In this document: positions 1 to 8,653 of the stretch, piece by piece
How the letters are laid out: the number at the start of each line of letters is the position of its first letter
Numbering within the stretch: position 1 is the stretch's first letter
Assembly: GCA_039181495.1 (NCBI GenBank)
Contig: JBCDCP010000001.1
Span: forward strand, 365-64,364
Source: Pseudomonadota bacterium
Lineage (GTDB): Bacteria > Pseudomonadota > Alphaproteobacteria > Rhizobiales > Tepidamorphaceae
DNA length: 64,000 nt
Direction of reading: 5' to 3'
The notes under the pieces: generated by a model
What the model saw: only the letters and a program-made list of their open reading frames with translations
Told to the model about the DNA's origin: nothing
The model's database searches: none
Program-made: the position numbers and the translations under genes

Positions 1-2
1 AA

Positions 3-2255
3 GCGGAAGACGCCATCGCGCGCTGTCGGGAGGCGGTTGAGGCAGAGCCCGACCTTGCGCGCCTGAAATTCCAGCTCGGCCGCGCGCTGCAGGCTGCGGG
101 AAACGATGCCGAAGCCTCGGAGTGGTTTGAGCGGGTGGCCGGACCGGACTACCCCGCCGCCATCGCCGCGCTGGCGGGAATGTATGCGCGAGGCGAAGGT
201 CTTGCGAAAAGCCAGCCGAAGGCGTTGGAGATGGCCCGCAGCGCGGCCGACACCGGCAATGCTGATGGCATGTACTGGCTTGGCTTTCTCTACCGCGAGG
301 ATGGTGATTTCGATGAAGCTCGGCGCTACTTCCTGCGCGCTGCCGATCGTGGGCATCCCGACGCGATGATCGCCCTAGGTGAACTCTATTCGATCGGACA
401 AGGCGTTGAGGTCAATCGCCAGCGGGCGCAGGCCTGGTTCGACCAGGCCGCTAACAAGGGCGCCCGCAAGGTGGGCGCGGGCGACCTCACCGAAGCCCTC
501 GTTGAGGAGGCACGCGAAACCGATGACCCTGCGCAGGCTTTCGCTTCCTTCGTAAGGGCCGCGGAAGCGGGCAGTGCCGAGGCCATGTATGAGGTCGGTC
601 GCGCATATTCGGATGGGCGCGGCATCGGCGAGAGTGCCTCTGAGGCAGCCGCTTGGTGGCGCAAGGCTGCTGAGTCCGGCAACGTTGACGCAATGGCAGC
701 GCTTGGCCGCGCGCACTATGACGGTACGGGCGTAGGACGAGATAACGACGAGGCTGTCAAATGGTGGCGTCGGGCGGCGCAGGCCGGCAACAATGCTGCG
801 ATGAAAGGGCTTGGCGATGCCTACTACTATGGGCGCGGGGTTCCCGAAGACGACCGAGAGTCTCTCGCATGGTATCTGCGCGCCGCCGAAGGCGGTCACG
901 TGCGGGCAATGTTCGACGTTGGCTATGCCTATGAGCACGGAGTAGGTGCCGACAAAGACTTGCGAGAGGCCGTTCGCTGGTACCAGCGAGGTGCCGACGC
1001 AGGCTCCGGCATTGCGATGGATAGCCTCGCCGATGCCCATTACTTCGGAGAGGGGGTCCCGGAAGACCGAAAGGAAGCTCTTCGCTGGTATATGAGGGCT
1101 TTCGATGCCGGTTACGTCGATTCCAGCTTTGACGTTGGTTATGCTTATGAGGAGGGTGCCGGCGCAGTCCAGGACCTCGACGAAGCTGCCCGCTGGTATC
1201 GCAAAGGTGCCGACGCCGGGTCGGGCATTGCGATGGATAGTCTTGCTGACGCCTATTTCTCTGGAGAGGGCGTCTCGCAAGACCAGGAAGAAGCCCTCCG
1301 CTGGTACAAGGCGGCTTTCGATGCTGGCTACACCAGCTCCAGCTATGACATTGGGTATGCTTACGAAGAGGGGGCCGGCGCAGCCCAGGACCTAGAGGAA
1401 GCTGCCCGTTGGTATCGCAAGGGTGCCGATGCCGGATCGGGCATTGCGATGGATAGCCTTGCGGACGCTTACTACTACGGGGAAGGCGTCTCACAAGACC
1501 AGGAAGAAGCCTTTCGCTGGTACATGAAGGCTTTCGATGCGGGTTACACCAGCTCCAGCTATGACATTGGTTACGCTTACGAAGAGGGCGCTGGCGCAGC
1601 CCAAGACCTAGAGGAAGCTGTCCGGTGGTATCGCAAGGGTGCCGACGCCGGGTCGGGCATTGCTATGGATAGCCTCGCGGACGCTTACTACTACGGACAG
1701 GGCGTCTCAGAAGACCAAGAGGAAGCCTTTCGGTGGTACATGAAAGCTTTTGATGCCGGCTATACTAGCTCAAGCTACGATATCGGCTACGCGTATCATC
1801 TTGGTAATGGATCCGTGCGGGACTTCGAAAAAGCACTGCAGTGGTATCGTACCGCAGCTGACGATGGAATTGCCGCAGCCAAGAATCAAATCGGATATAT
1901 GTATAATAACGGCCAAGGTGTTCGCGAAGACCACGATGAAGCCGAGAGGTGGTTTATCGAGGCAGCTGAAGACAATGACGAGGCTGCGATGTGGAACCTC
2001 GTCATTCTCTACGATGAAGGCGACCTTGGCAGAGTATATCCTCGCAAAGCAGCACGATACCTGATTGAGGCTGCCGAAAATGGCGAGGAGAAATCGCGGG
2101 ATTTGTTGCTGAACAGGATGAATGGTTACACGACGTCAGAAACACGTCGTGCGGTCCAGCGCATTCTTGCGGATCGGGGCGTCTACAATGGTCCCATCGA
2201 CGGCGATTTCGGACGCGGTTCGCGTCGAGCGGTGGAGCAACTGCTGGACGAATAG
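3..2255 (+). CDS. Sel1-repeat (SLR/TPR-like) protein with C-terminal peptidoglycan-binding domain; probably 5'-truncated by the window edge
   Basis: The frame is open from nt 3 (AEDAIARCREAVEAEPDLARLKFQLGRAL..., TPR-like), so the GTG at 135 in the ORF track is probably internal. The Sel1 signature (G...A...LG..Y..G.GV..D..eA..WY.kAA) recurs many times. The C-terminus RRAVQRILADRGVYNGPIDGDFGRGSRRAVEQLL looks like a PG_binding_1 motif. Confidence 0.8.
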   Translation, partial: AEDAIARCREAVEAEPDLARLKFQLGRALQAAGNDAEASEWFERVAGPDYPAAIAALAGMYARGEGLAKSQPKALEMARSAADTGNADGMYWLGFLYREDGDFDEARRYFLRAADRGHPDAMIALGELYSIGQGVEVNRQRAQAWFDQAANKGARKVGAGDLTEALVEEARETDDPAQAFASFVRAAEAGSAEAMYEVGRAYSDGRGIGESASEAAAWWRKAAESGNVDAMAALGRAHYDGTGVGRDNDEAVKWWRRAAQAGNNAAMKGLGDAYYYGRGVPEDDRESLAWYLRAAEGGHVRAMFDVGYAYEHGVGADKDLREAVRWYQRGADAGSGIAMDSLADAHYFGEGVPEDRKEALRWYMRAFDAGYVDSSFDVGYAYEEGAGAVQDLDEAARWYRKGADAGSGIAMDSLADAYFSGEGVSQDQEEALRWYKAAFDAGYTSSSYDIGYAYEEGAGAAQDLEEAARWYRKGADAGSGIAMDSLADAYYYGEGVSQDQEEAFRWYMKAFDAGYTSSSYDIGYAYEEGAGAAQDLEEAVRWYRKGADAGSGIAMDSLADAYYYGQGVSEDQEEAFRWYMKAFDAGYTSSSYDIGYAYHLGNGSVRDFEKALQWYRTAADDGIAAAKNQIGYMYNNGQGVREDHDEAERWFIEAAEDNDEAAMWNLVILYDEGDLGRVYPRKAARYLIEAAENGEEKSRDLLLNRMNGYTTSETRRAVQRILADRGVYNGPIDGDFGRGSRRAVEQLLDE
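969..1832 (+). repeat. Four tandem, near-identical 216-bp (72-aa) units inside the Sel1 gene; each unit equals two Sel1 repeats
   Basis: The translated units are almost identical: (A/V)RWY(Q/R)(R/K)GADAGSGIAMDSLADA(H/Y)(Y/F).G(E/Q)GV..D..EA(L/F)RWY(M/K).AFDAGY..SS(F/Y)D(V/I)GYAYEEGAGA.QDL(D/E)EA. Only the end of unit 4 diverges. Confidence 0.85.
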
Positions 2256-2590
2256 CGCTGCAATTCAGGCAGCAAACTGGAGTACGCTCTTGCCCGCGGA
2301 CTGCCTGCACATCGGAAAGCGGTGAAAAGCACGAAGGTCAGGGTTGAGCACATTGCCAATGCTCGGCTGCAGTTAGACTTCCGCGTTGCACAGGCTTGAT
2401 AGCAGGCATTCGTTGCGTTGTGCGTGGCTTGCTTTCCAGGATCGCTCTCGCTGCGAGTGCGCCCTGATGCCTATCTCGTTGGGCTTCCCGGAAACACGTA
2501 ATCGCCCCAAAACTAGCACGACAGGGCCTTCGTTCTGCCGTCAAGCGGGATCATTCCGCGGCAATCGAAATCAACACATGGCCCACGTTC

Positions 2591-2989
2591 ATGACATTGC
2601 ACTTGAAAACGATGGCGGTCGTCGTCACCGCCTGTCTCGGTCTTGCCCTCACGATCGGCGCGGCTGATGCCGCGCAAACGGAAGGATCAGCATCCTGGTA
2701 CTGTGCGGAACTGCATGGCAACAAGACTGCAAACGGCGAGCGCTTCGACAAGGGCGCCTACACCGCCGCCCACCGCAGCCTCGCCTTCGGTACACGTGTT
2801 TGCGTTGAAAATCAGATCAATGGCCGGGGTGTAACCGTCCGCATCAACGACCGTGGCCCATTCACGCGCAAGCGCATCATCGACGTTTCCCAGGCAGCAG
2901 CGACCCGACTTGGTATGGTCTCGCGCGGGACTGCTCCCGTTCGTTTGCGCATTCTGAAGTCGAACGCCAAACCTGGCCAGGCCTGCTAG
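2591..2989 (+). CDS. rlpA: RlpA-like lipoprotein (double-psi beta-barrel, septal-ring lytic transglycosylase family)
   Basis: Signal peptide MAVVVTACLGLALTIGAADA, then GSASWYCAELHGNKTANGERFD...AAHRSLAFGTRVCVEN..NGRGVTVRINDRGPF, the classic RlpA/DPBB motif string. Confidence 0.8.
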   Translation: MTLHLKTMAVVVTACLGLALTIGAADAAQTEGSASWYCAELHGNKTANGERFDKGAYTAAHRSLAFGTRVCVENQINGRGVTVRINDRGPFTRKRIIDVSQAAATRLGMVSRGTAPVRLRILKSNAKPGQAC

Positions 2990-3139
2990 TCGCCTGCAGC
3001 GTCTTCCAGGCGGGTCGGCACAATCACGGCGATTTGCCTGAGGCCGTTTCCGGTGTTCTGTCCCTCTCGGTGTAGGGCCTTGATTTACCCTGGTCAGGCC
3101 CTTTGTTGGTGGAGCGGGACACCAGAGAAGGGCCAGGAT

Positions 3140-3802
3140 TTGAAGCGCGCAATCATTATCGGGTCGTCTGGTGGGATCGGAGCCGCCATCAGCTCCGCGC
3201 TTACAGCGCGCGGCGTTCAAGTAACGGGCTTGTCGCGAACTACGCACGGCCTGGACGTGACCGATCCACCGTCAGTCGAGCGTGTGCTCGGCGCGCAGGA
3301 AGGTCCATTTGATTTGCTGATGGTGGCCTCGGGGGTTCTGGCCCCGTCGGGCTCTCGGCCAGAAAAATCACTCGACCAGATCGATGCGGCAGAGATGGCT
3401 CATGTCATGGCCGTCAACGCGATTGGCCCCGCGCTCATCCTCCGTCATGCTCCGCGGCTGTTGCCAGTGGACAGCCAGGCGATCGTCGCGGTGCTGACGG
3501 CCCGCGTTGGCTCGATTGCCGACAACCATTTGGGCGGCTGGTACTCTTATCGAGCCTCCAAGGCTGCGGCGAACCAAGTGGTTAGGACAGCGGCGATCGA
3601 GATCGGTCGAAAACGCAAGCATGCGATCGTTGTCGCGCTGCATCCTGGCACGGTGGAAACCGCCTTCACGCAAGCCTACGGCAACCACGCTAAGGTTGCG
3701 CCAGATGAGGCCGCACAGAACCTCCTGCACGTCATGGACGGGCTCACGTCTTCTGATACCGGCGGCTTCTTCGACTGGCGTGGTGAGCGGGTGCCCTGGT
3801 GA
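3140..3802 (+). CDS. Short-chain dehydrogenase/reductase (about 220 aa, C-factor-like SDR)
   Basis: KRAIIIGSSGGIGAAI Rossmann motif directly at the N-terminus, and YSYRASKAA catalytic Y-x3-K. I prefer the in-frame TTG at 3140 over the ORF-track ATG at 3053. The upstream 29 codons are not SDR-like and overlap a hairpin plus T-run (about 3086-3112) that could terminate rlpA. Confidence 0.7.
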   Translation: MKRAIIIGSSGGIGAAISSALTARGVQVTGLSRTTHGLDVTDPPSVERVLGAQEGPFDLLMVASGVLAPSGSRPEKSLDQIDAAEMAHVMAVNAIGPALILRHAPRLLPVDSQAIVAVLTARVGSIADNHLGGWYSYRASKAAANQVVRTAAIEIGRKRKHAIVVALHPGTVETAFTQAYGNHAKVAPDEAAQNLLHVMDGLTSSDTGGFFDWRGERVPW

Positions 3803-3926
3803 CACCACTTGGAACGTTAGATTCTGATCAAGGTGATGTTGCGGAGTGGCAGCTTGCGAGGTCATCGCGCCCGGCAAACTCATTGCTTTAGGCCCAAAAA
3901 TCTCTTTCGTGCATTGTCTGCTGTTC

Positions 3927-4367
3927 TCAGACGTTTAGGCCTTCTGCGCAGGCACGAAACTCGCGGACGGCTGGAGCCGCGCCGGCGAGTGACACGGCAA
4001 CGGCTTGATCCCCCAGAAGTGCTCTGGCGGTGTGGTTGAATTCAAGGCCGTTCAGAACATTGCCGAAACCTGTATCGTTGACCGAGACTGTTGCGCCATC
4101 TCCCGAGATCACGTGGCGGTCAGTTGTGATTGTGTTGCCCCTTGGCCCCTCGAAACGCATGGCAAAGATCGAGCCTTGCCGCCACGCACGGCTTAACGTG
4201 ATCGCTATGGAGTATTCTGGAATTGCCGGATCGTAGGTGAGACGAACAGACGCGTTCTCACCGTCATGGACCAATTCACATATACGGCCCGACCGGGCTT
4301 CCCAGGCCAATGCCGGCGCAGTGGTCAGCAACAGAATGGCAATGACGCGTAACATCCTGCTTCGCAT
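3927..4367 (-). CDS. Secreted hypothetical protein (about 146 aa)
   Basis: The internal ATG at 4367 gives the signal peptide MRSRMLRVIAILLLTTAPALA. The 65 codons upstream in the ORF-track model look non-coding. I recognise no family. Confidence 0.45.
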   Translation of the reverse strand: MRSRMLRVIAILLLTTAPALAWEARSGRICELVHDGENASVRLTYDPAIPEYSIAITLSRAWRQGSIFAMRFEGPRGNTITTDRHVISGDGATVSVNDTGFGNVLNGLEFNHTARALLGDQAVAVSLAGAAPAVREFRACAEGLNV

Positions 4368-4921
4368 AACATATTGCGGGGTAACCGTTTCAAGAAAGGA
4401 CACAGAGGTGGTTGCGGCAAGTGAAACCGTTGTCCGACGATAGACTCTAATTCTGTTGTTTGCCCGCTGTCTGCCGACGCTCATTCCAAGTCTGCGTTCG
4501 ACACCTGGCAGACCGTGAGACCAGCTCAGATTTCTCTCCGAACCAATATTCGACCATTCCAAGAAAGTTAGTTTTCAGTCCTTGAGAACGGCTCATATGA
4601 AGCCAGGGGAAATTGATCACTCCCCAGAGTCCCTCATGGGCTTCCGCCATATTTTCCCTGAACCGAAATCATCATCTGGTCGCCATTTGATCGGTTCATT
4701 CGGATGGAACGAGATACATTGACCGTTTGAGTATTGAACCATCGCGCCACCTTGACTGCAAAGGGGCCCCGAAATGCAAATGACGCGCGGCTGTTTTGTT
4801 GGTTTGTCATCGGTGCAAGCCATGGCCGCCTCTTCAAATCCAAAAGGGATTCATAACTGAAGCCCCGCCACACGGCGAGTGCGCTTCGACCCTTGAGGAT
4901 GTAAGGCAGATAAAGGGAGAT

Positions 4922-5410
4922 ATGACAATTTCCCAGCTGCCGACACTAGCCCATTCCGAAAACAACCTGTTCTGACAAGTCGTTTTCCGCTTGAGCCGTC
5001 GTTGGAATGTCGGTTCCAGGCGGAAAACAGAGGACCTTTGCTATTACTAGACGCGTTCATGAGAACGCCGCCCGCACAGGCGTGAAACCCTCAGCGCTTC
5101 GCCATTATGAAAGCGTAGGCCTCATTCAGTCGGAGCGCCGGAAGGGCTGCGACGCCAGTATGATCCGACAGTTCTGCAGAGGTTGTCGCTGATATCTTTT
5201 GGAAAGACCGCCGGCTTTTCGCTTGGCGAGGTTGTCTCGATCTTCAAGCTCGGCCAACTCATCCAGCTGCCACGCGATCATATCAAGGAATGAGCAGATG
5301 CTCTCGAGAGTGAGATCGCGCGACTGGAGACCGAAGTGCGCTTACCGCGGCACGTTGCTCCGGGGCTCCTTTGGAAGAGCAAGCCTTTTCGCCAGTCCTT
5401 AGATGAATAA
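4922..5410 (+). pseudogene. Decayed MerR-family regulator gene (intervening segment, frameshift, in-frame stop)
   Basis: A strong SD (AAGGGAGA) precedes ATG 4922, giving MTISQL and then a stop at 4973. AARTGVKPSALRHYESVGLIQSERRKG (the MerR HTH) follows in frame +1 from 5067. RRQYDPTVLQRLSLISFGKTAGFSLGEVVSIF returns to the original frame from 5153. There is an in-frame TGA at 5291, followed by a coiled-coil-like ADALESEIARLETEV. Confidence 0.55.
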
Positions 5411-7369
5411 CCCCGATGGTAGCGGGACGCTCAGCAGATTTCTGAAGCTGAAGGTGAACAGCAAGATCGTTGCGACTACGCCGATGGTCAGCAGCAGCCA
5501 GTACTGAGCCGAGGCCTTCTTGTGCTGAGCCACCAGCATCAGGGCCAGACCCATGGCGAGGCCAGCCAGTCCAAAGCCTAGAGTCGAAATCAGGGTTACC
5601 GCCCCGAACATGATTGCAGGGACGGCGACCCGTCGCGGGACGGATCCCGCGGCTGCTTCTTCCACCACTTCCCGCGTGATCAGCAGCTTGACAATAGCGA
5701 TCACAACGAAGGCCAGCATTCCATAGGCAATCGTGCGCGGGAAAACGGCCGCATCGGCATTGAGCGAAGCGCTTTGCATGACGACGACAAGGCCGATCGT
5801 ACCGAACGCGGCAAAGGAAAGAAGATCGCGGAGGATCGCGCCAGAGGGTGCTGCCTGCCGATCCGGCACTGGCTCCGTCGAGGAACGCTGGACCAGTCTG
5901 CGGACTTGCGGCAGGAACGGATAGATGAAGCTGATAAGCGTCATGGCGATGATGGCCATGGAAAGCGGCCGCCCGAAGAACTGTCCCCACAGATCGCCGA
6001 TTGCGTCCCCGATCGTCCAGCTTTGAACGAACCCTTGCTCGGCAATGCGGCCGAGAATGAGCCCCAGAACGATGGGGGATACGGAAAACCCGCGCTTGGT
6101 TGCGATCCATCCAATCACCCCCAGAATGATCATGATGGCGATGTCAGAGATGCTGTTGCGGATCGCAAAGGTTCCAATCACCGTCATGAAGGCGACGACG
6201 GGAACCAGAACCGATTTGGGCGCGCGGACGATCGCGCCGTAGGCAAAGCGCCCGATCAATAGGCCCACTGGTAGCATCAGGATGGTGGCCAGGATCAGCC
6301 CGAAGATGAAGGTGTAGACGATGTTGGCGCCGTCAGAGAACAGCGTAGGTCCGGTCCTGACCCCCTGAACAAGCAGAGCTCCCAGTATGACCGCATCCGG
6401 CGGTGTGCCGGGAATGCCGAGGACGAGCGTGGGGATGAACCCGCCCCCGACCGTGGCATTGTTGGCGGACTCCGTCGCCACGATGCCGCCGGGATTGCCC
6501 TCGCCGAATTTTTCGTCGCCTTTGCCAACGCGCCTGGCTTCAGAATAAGCCACAAGACCTGCGATCGACCCGCCTGCGCCGGGCAGCGCGCCAACCAATG
6601 TGCCGATGGCGGAGCTGCGCAGCACATTGATCTTGTTCAGCATCAATTTTCCGAAGGCTTCCGGGAGGCGAAAGCCGCGCCCTTTTTCCGGCGCCTCCAG
6701 ATGGCGCGTGGGCGTCGCCACGAGGTCGATCAACACCGGGATGCAATAAAGGCCGATCAGTGCGGAAACGATTTCGATCCCGCCCAGCAAGGTTTGCGAG
6801 CCGAAAGTGAAGCGCACCTCCGCGCTGGTTTCCGAGATGCCGATCATCGCGAGCAGAAGGCCGAAGCAGGCGCCAATCACGCCTTTGAGAAAATCCCCGG
6901 TCGATAGCGCCGCGATAAGCGAAAGGCCGAAAATTGCTAGCCAGAAATACTCCACCGGCCCGAAGGCGAGCGCGGCCTCGGCCAGTGGCGGCGCGAGCAT
7001 CAGAAGAGCGAAAGCGCCAACCAGGCCACCAACGACAGACGAAAGGCAGGCCACCGAGACGGCCAGATCACCATCGCCCCTGCGGGCCATCGGGTAGCCG
7101 TCAAAGGTCGTCGCGATGGCCGAAGGGGTGCCAGGTGTGTTGAGCAGGATAGCGGCATAAGCACCGCCATAGATCGCGCCGGTATAGATCGCGCCCATCA
7201 GGATCAGAGCGCTGTCGGGCGCCATGGAAAAGGTAATCGGCACGAGAACGGCAACGGCCATTGTCGCGGTCAAGCCAGGAATGGAGCCGATGATTGTACC
7301 GGCTGCCACGCCGGCCAGCGCAAGAATGAGGTTAAGTGGCGTGAAGGCCGAAATCAGGTAGTCGAGCAA
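5399..7369 (-). CDS. tctA: Tripartite tricarboxylate transporter large permease TctA fused to a C-terminal TctB-like small-subunit domain
   Basis: The N-terminal ~500 aa are typical TctA (GSIPGLTATMAVAVLVPITF, LNTPGTPSAIATTFDGYPMARRG, GALPGAGGSIAGLVAYSEA). The last ~150 aa have four hydrophobic segments and the FPRTIAYGML motif typical of TctB. Confidence 0.85.
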   Translation of the reverse strand: MLDYLISAFTPLNLILALAGVAAGTIIGSIPGLTATMAVAVLVPITFSMAPDSALILMGAIYTGAIYGGAYAAILLNTPGTPSAIATTFDGYPMARRGDGDLAVSVACLSSVVGGLVGAFALLMLAPPLAEAALAFGPVEYFWLAIFGLSLIAALSTGDFLKGVIGACFGLLLAMIGISETSAEVRFTFGSQTLLGGIEIVSALIGLYCIPVLIDLVATPTRHLEAPEKGRGFRLPEAFGKLMLNKINVLRSSAIGTLVGALPGAGGSIAGLVAYSEARRVGKGDEKFGEGNPGGIVATESANNATVGGGFIPTLVLGIPGTPPDAVILGALLVQGVRTGPTLFSDGANIVYTFIFGLILATILMLPVGLLIGRFAYGAIVRAPKSVLVPVVAFMTVIGTFAIRNSISDIAIMIILGVIGWIATKRGFSVSPIVLGLILGRIAEQGFVQSWTIGDAIGDLWGQFFGRPLSMAIIAMTLISFIYPFLPQVRRLVQRSSTEPVPDRQAAPSGAILRDLLSFAAFGTIGLVVVMQSASLNADAAVFPRTIAYGMLAFVVIAIVKLLITREVVEEAAAGSVPRRVAVPAIMFGAVTLISTLGFGLAGLAMGLALMLVAQHKKASAQYWLLLTIGVVATILLFTFSFRNLLSVPLPSGLFI

Positions 7370-7494
7370 AGAAGGTCTCCGTCTTACCCGAGTTCAGACG
7401 TTCATGTTTGCTACATAGCCACGGGTCACGGTGTGGAATGAAAAGGGCGGCCCGCTTCTTGTGAGGGCCGCCCAAAGATCTTCGTCGCGTCAGA

Positions 7495-8454
7495 TCAATT
7501 GATGACGCCTGCACTCTTGGCTGCAGCGGTGTACTCCTCGGCGCGTGCGGCAAGCCATGCGTCCATGTCCGCACCATAGCCCACATCCATAAGCGCGAAC
7601 CCGCCATCGAGCATCTGCTTCTGGAAGGCCGGATCGGCATTGATCTCTGCAATCATGCCCGCCAGCTTTTCGCGGATGTCTTCCGGGGTTGAGCTGGGGA
7701 CGGCAATGCCGCGATAGGCACCTGAGACGATGTCGAAACCGAGCTCCTTGAAGGTCGGCACGTCTGGGAACGCTGGATGTCGTTCGTCCATGGCCACCGC
7801 AAGCATACGGACTTTATCGCCCTGTTTAGCGCCGACGGTCGTGTAACCCCATTGCGCGCCAACCTGATTGCCCAAAAGCGCGGTTGTCGATGCGCCTGTG
7901 CCCTTGAACGCCACATAGGTTGTTTCAACGCCTGCCATCTGATCAAAGCGCACTTGTGCCAGATGGTTTGCCGTGCCTTTGCCCGAGCCCGACATTGTCA
8001 GCTTTTTCGGGTTGGCTTTGGCAAAGTCGATCAGGTCCTGCAGCGTATTGATATCGCTATCGGCATTCACCACGATCGCGTCCGGCGTGTAGTGGAACAT
8101 GTAGATCGCTGTGATGTCCTCGGTCTTGAAACCGACATCGCCCTGCTGGGGCTTAATGACGATATGCGGCAGGTTGATCCCCATAATGGAATGGCCATCG
8201 CCTGCCATCGTATTCAGCTGGGACCAGCCAACCGCGCCGCCACCGCCGGGCTTGTAGGAGACGACGAGCTCCTGGCCGAACTTGTCCTTGAAGTAGGACT
8301 GTTGAAACCGCGCAGTTATGTCGGATTCACCGCCAGGGCCAAAGGGGATCACATAGTCGACGGATTTCGAGGGGTAGTCCGCAGCCTGCGCCGTGACCGT
8401 GGCGAGGCCGAGCGTGGCAGCGCCAAGCGCTGCGATCAGTGTCGTTCTGAACAT
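7495..8454 (-). CDS. tctC: Tripartite tricarboxylate transporter substrate-binding protein (TctC/Bug family)
   Basis: Signal peptide MFRTTLIAALGAATLGLATVTAQA, then YPSKSVDYVIPFGPGGESD, the Bug-family signature. It sits directly upstream of tctA on the same strand. Confidence 0.85.
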   Translation of the reverse strand: MFRTTLIAALGAATLGLATVTAQAADYPSKSVDYVIPFGPGGESDITARFQQSYFKDKFGQELVVSYKPGGGGAVGWSQLNTMAGDGHSIMGINLPHIVIKPQQGDVGFKTEDITAIYMFHYTPDAIVVNADSDINTLQDLIDFAKANPKKLTMSGSGKGTANHLAQVRFDQMAGVETTYVAFKGTGASTTALLGNQVGAQWGYTTVGAKQGDKVRMLAVAMDERHPAFPDVPTFKELGFDIVSGAYRGIAVPSSTPEDIREKLAGMIAEINADPAFQKQMLDGGFALMDVGYGADMDAWLAARAEEYTAAAKSAGVIN

Positions 8455-8653
8455 CTATTTCCTCCGTTTGGGTGTCCTGCTCGTTTGTTGGCAGGACCTT
8501 ATCTGCGTTCTTTGCAGCGCAAAGGCCGCTCATTGGAACCGAGAATTTTAGCTGATCAGACCGATGGCATTTTAGCAAGTTGCCTCAGCCCGATAGCGCC
8601 AAGGCGTCGGTTTCAAGGCAGCTGAAAAGCCGGGATCTGCAACCAGCGGGGAA

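Noticed and set aside
375-1494. Long minus-strand and alternative-frame ORFs inside the Sel1 gene (375..1280, 757..1494 and others)
   Set aside because: These are shadow ORFs typical of high-GC repetitive coding DNA. Their translations are Arg/Pro/Gly-rich with no motifs, whereas the plus-strand frame has clear Sel1 repeats.
4617-4873. 68-aa and 79-aa minus-strand ORFs upstream of the MerR pseudogene, considered as real small genes
   Set aside because: The two ORFs overlap each other in different frames, have no SD, and lie in a stretch that appears lower in GC. This is more consistent with fragments of a decayed gene, and it is reported under the MerR-locus finding.
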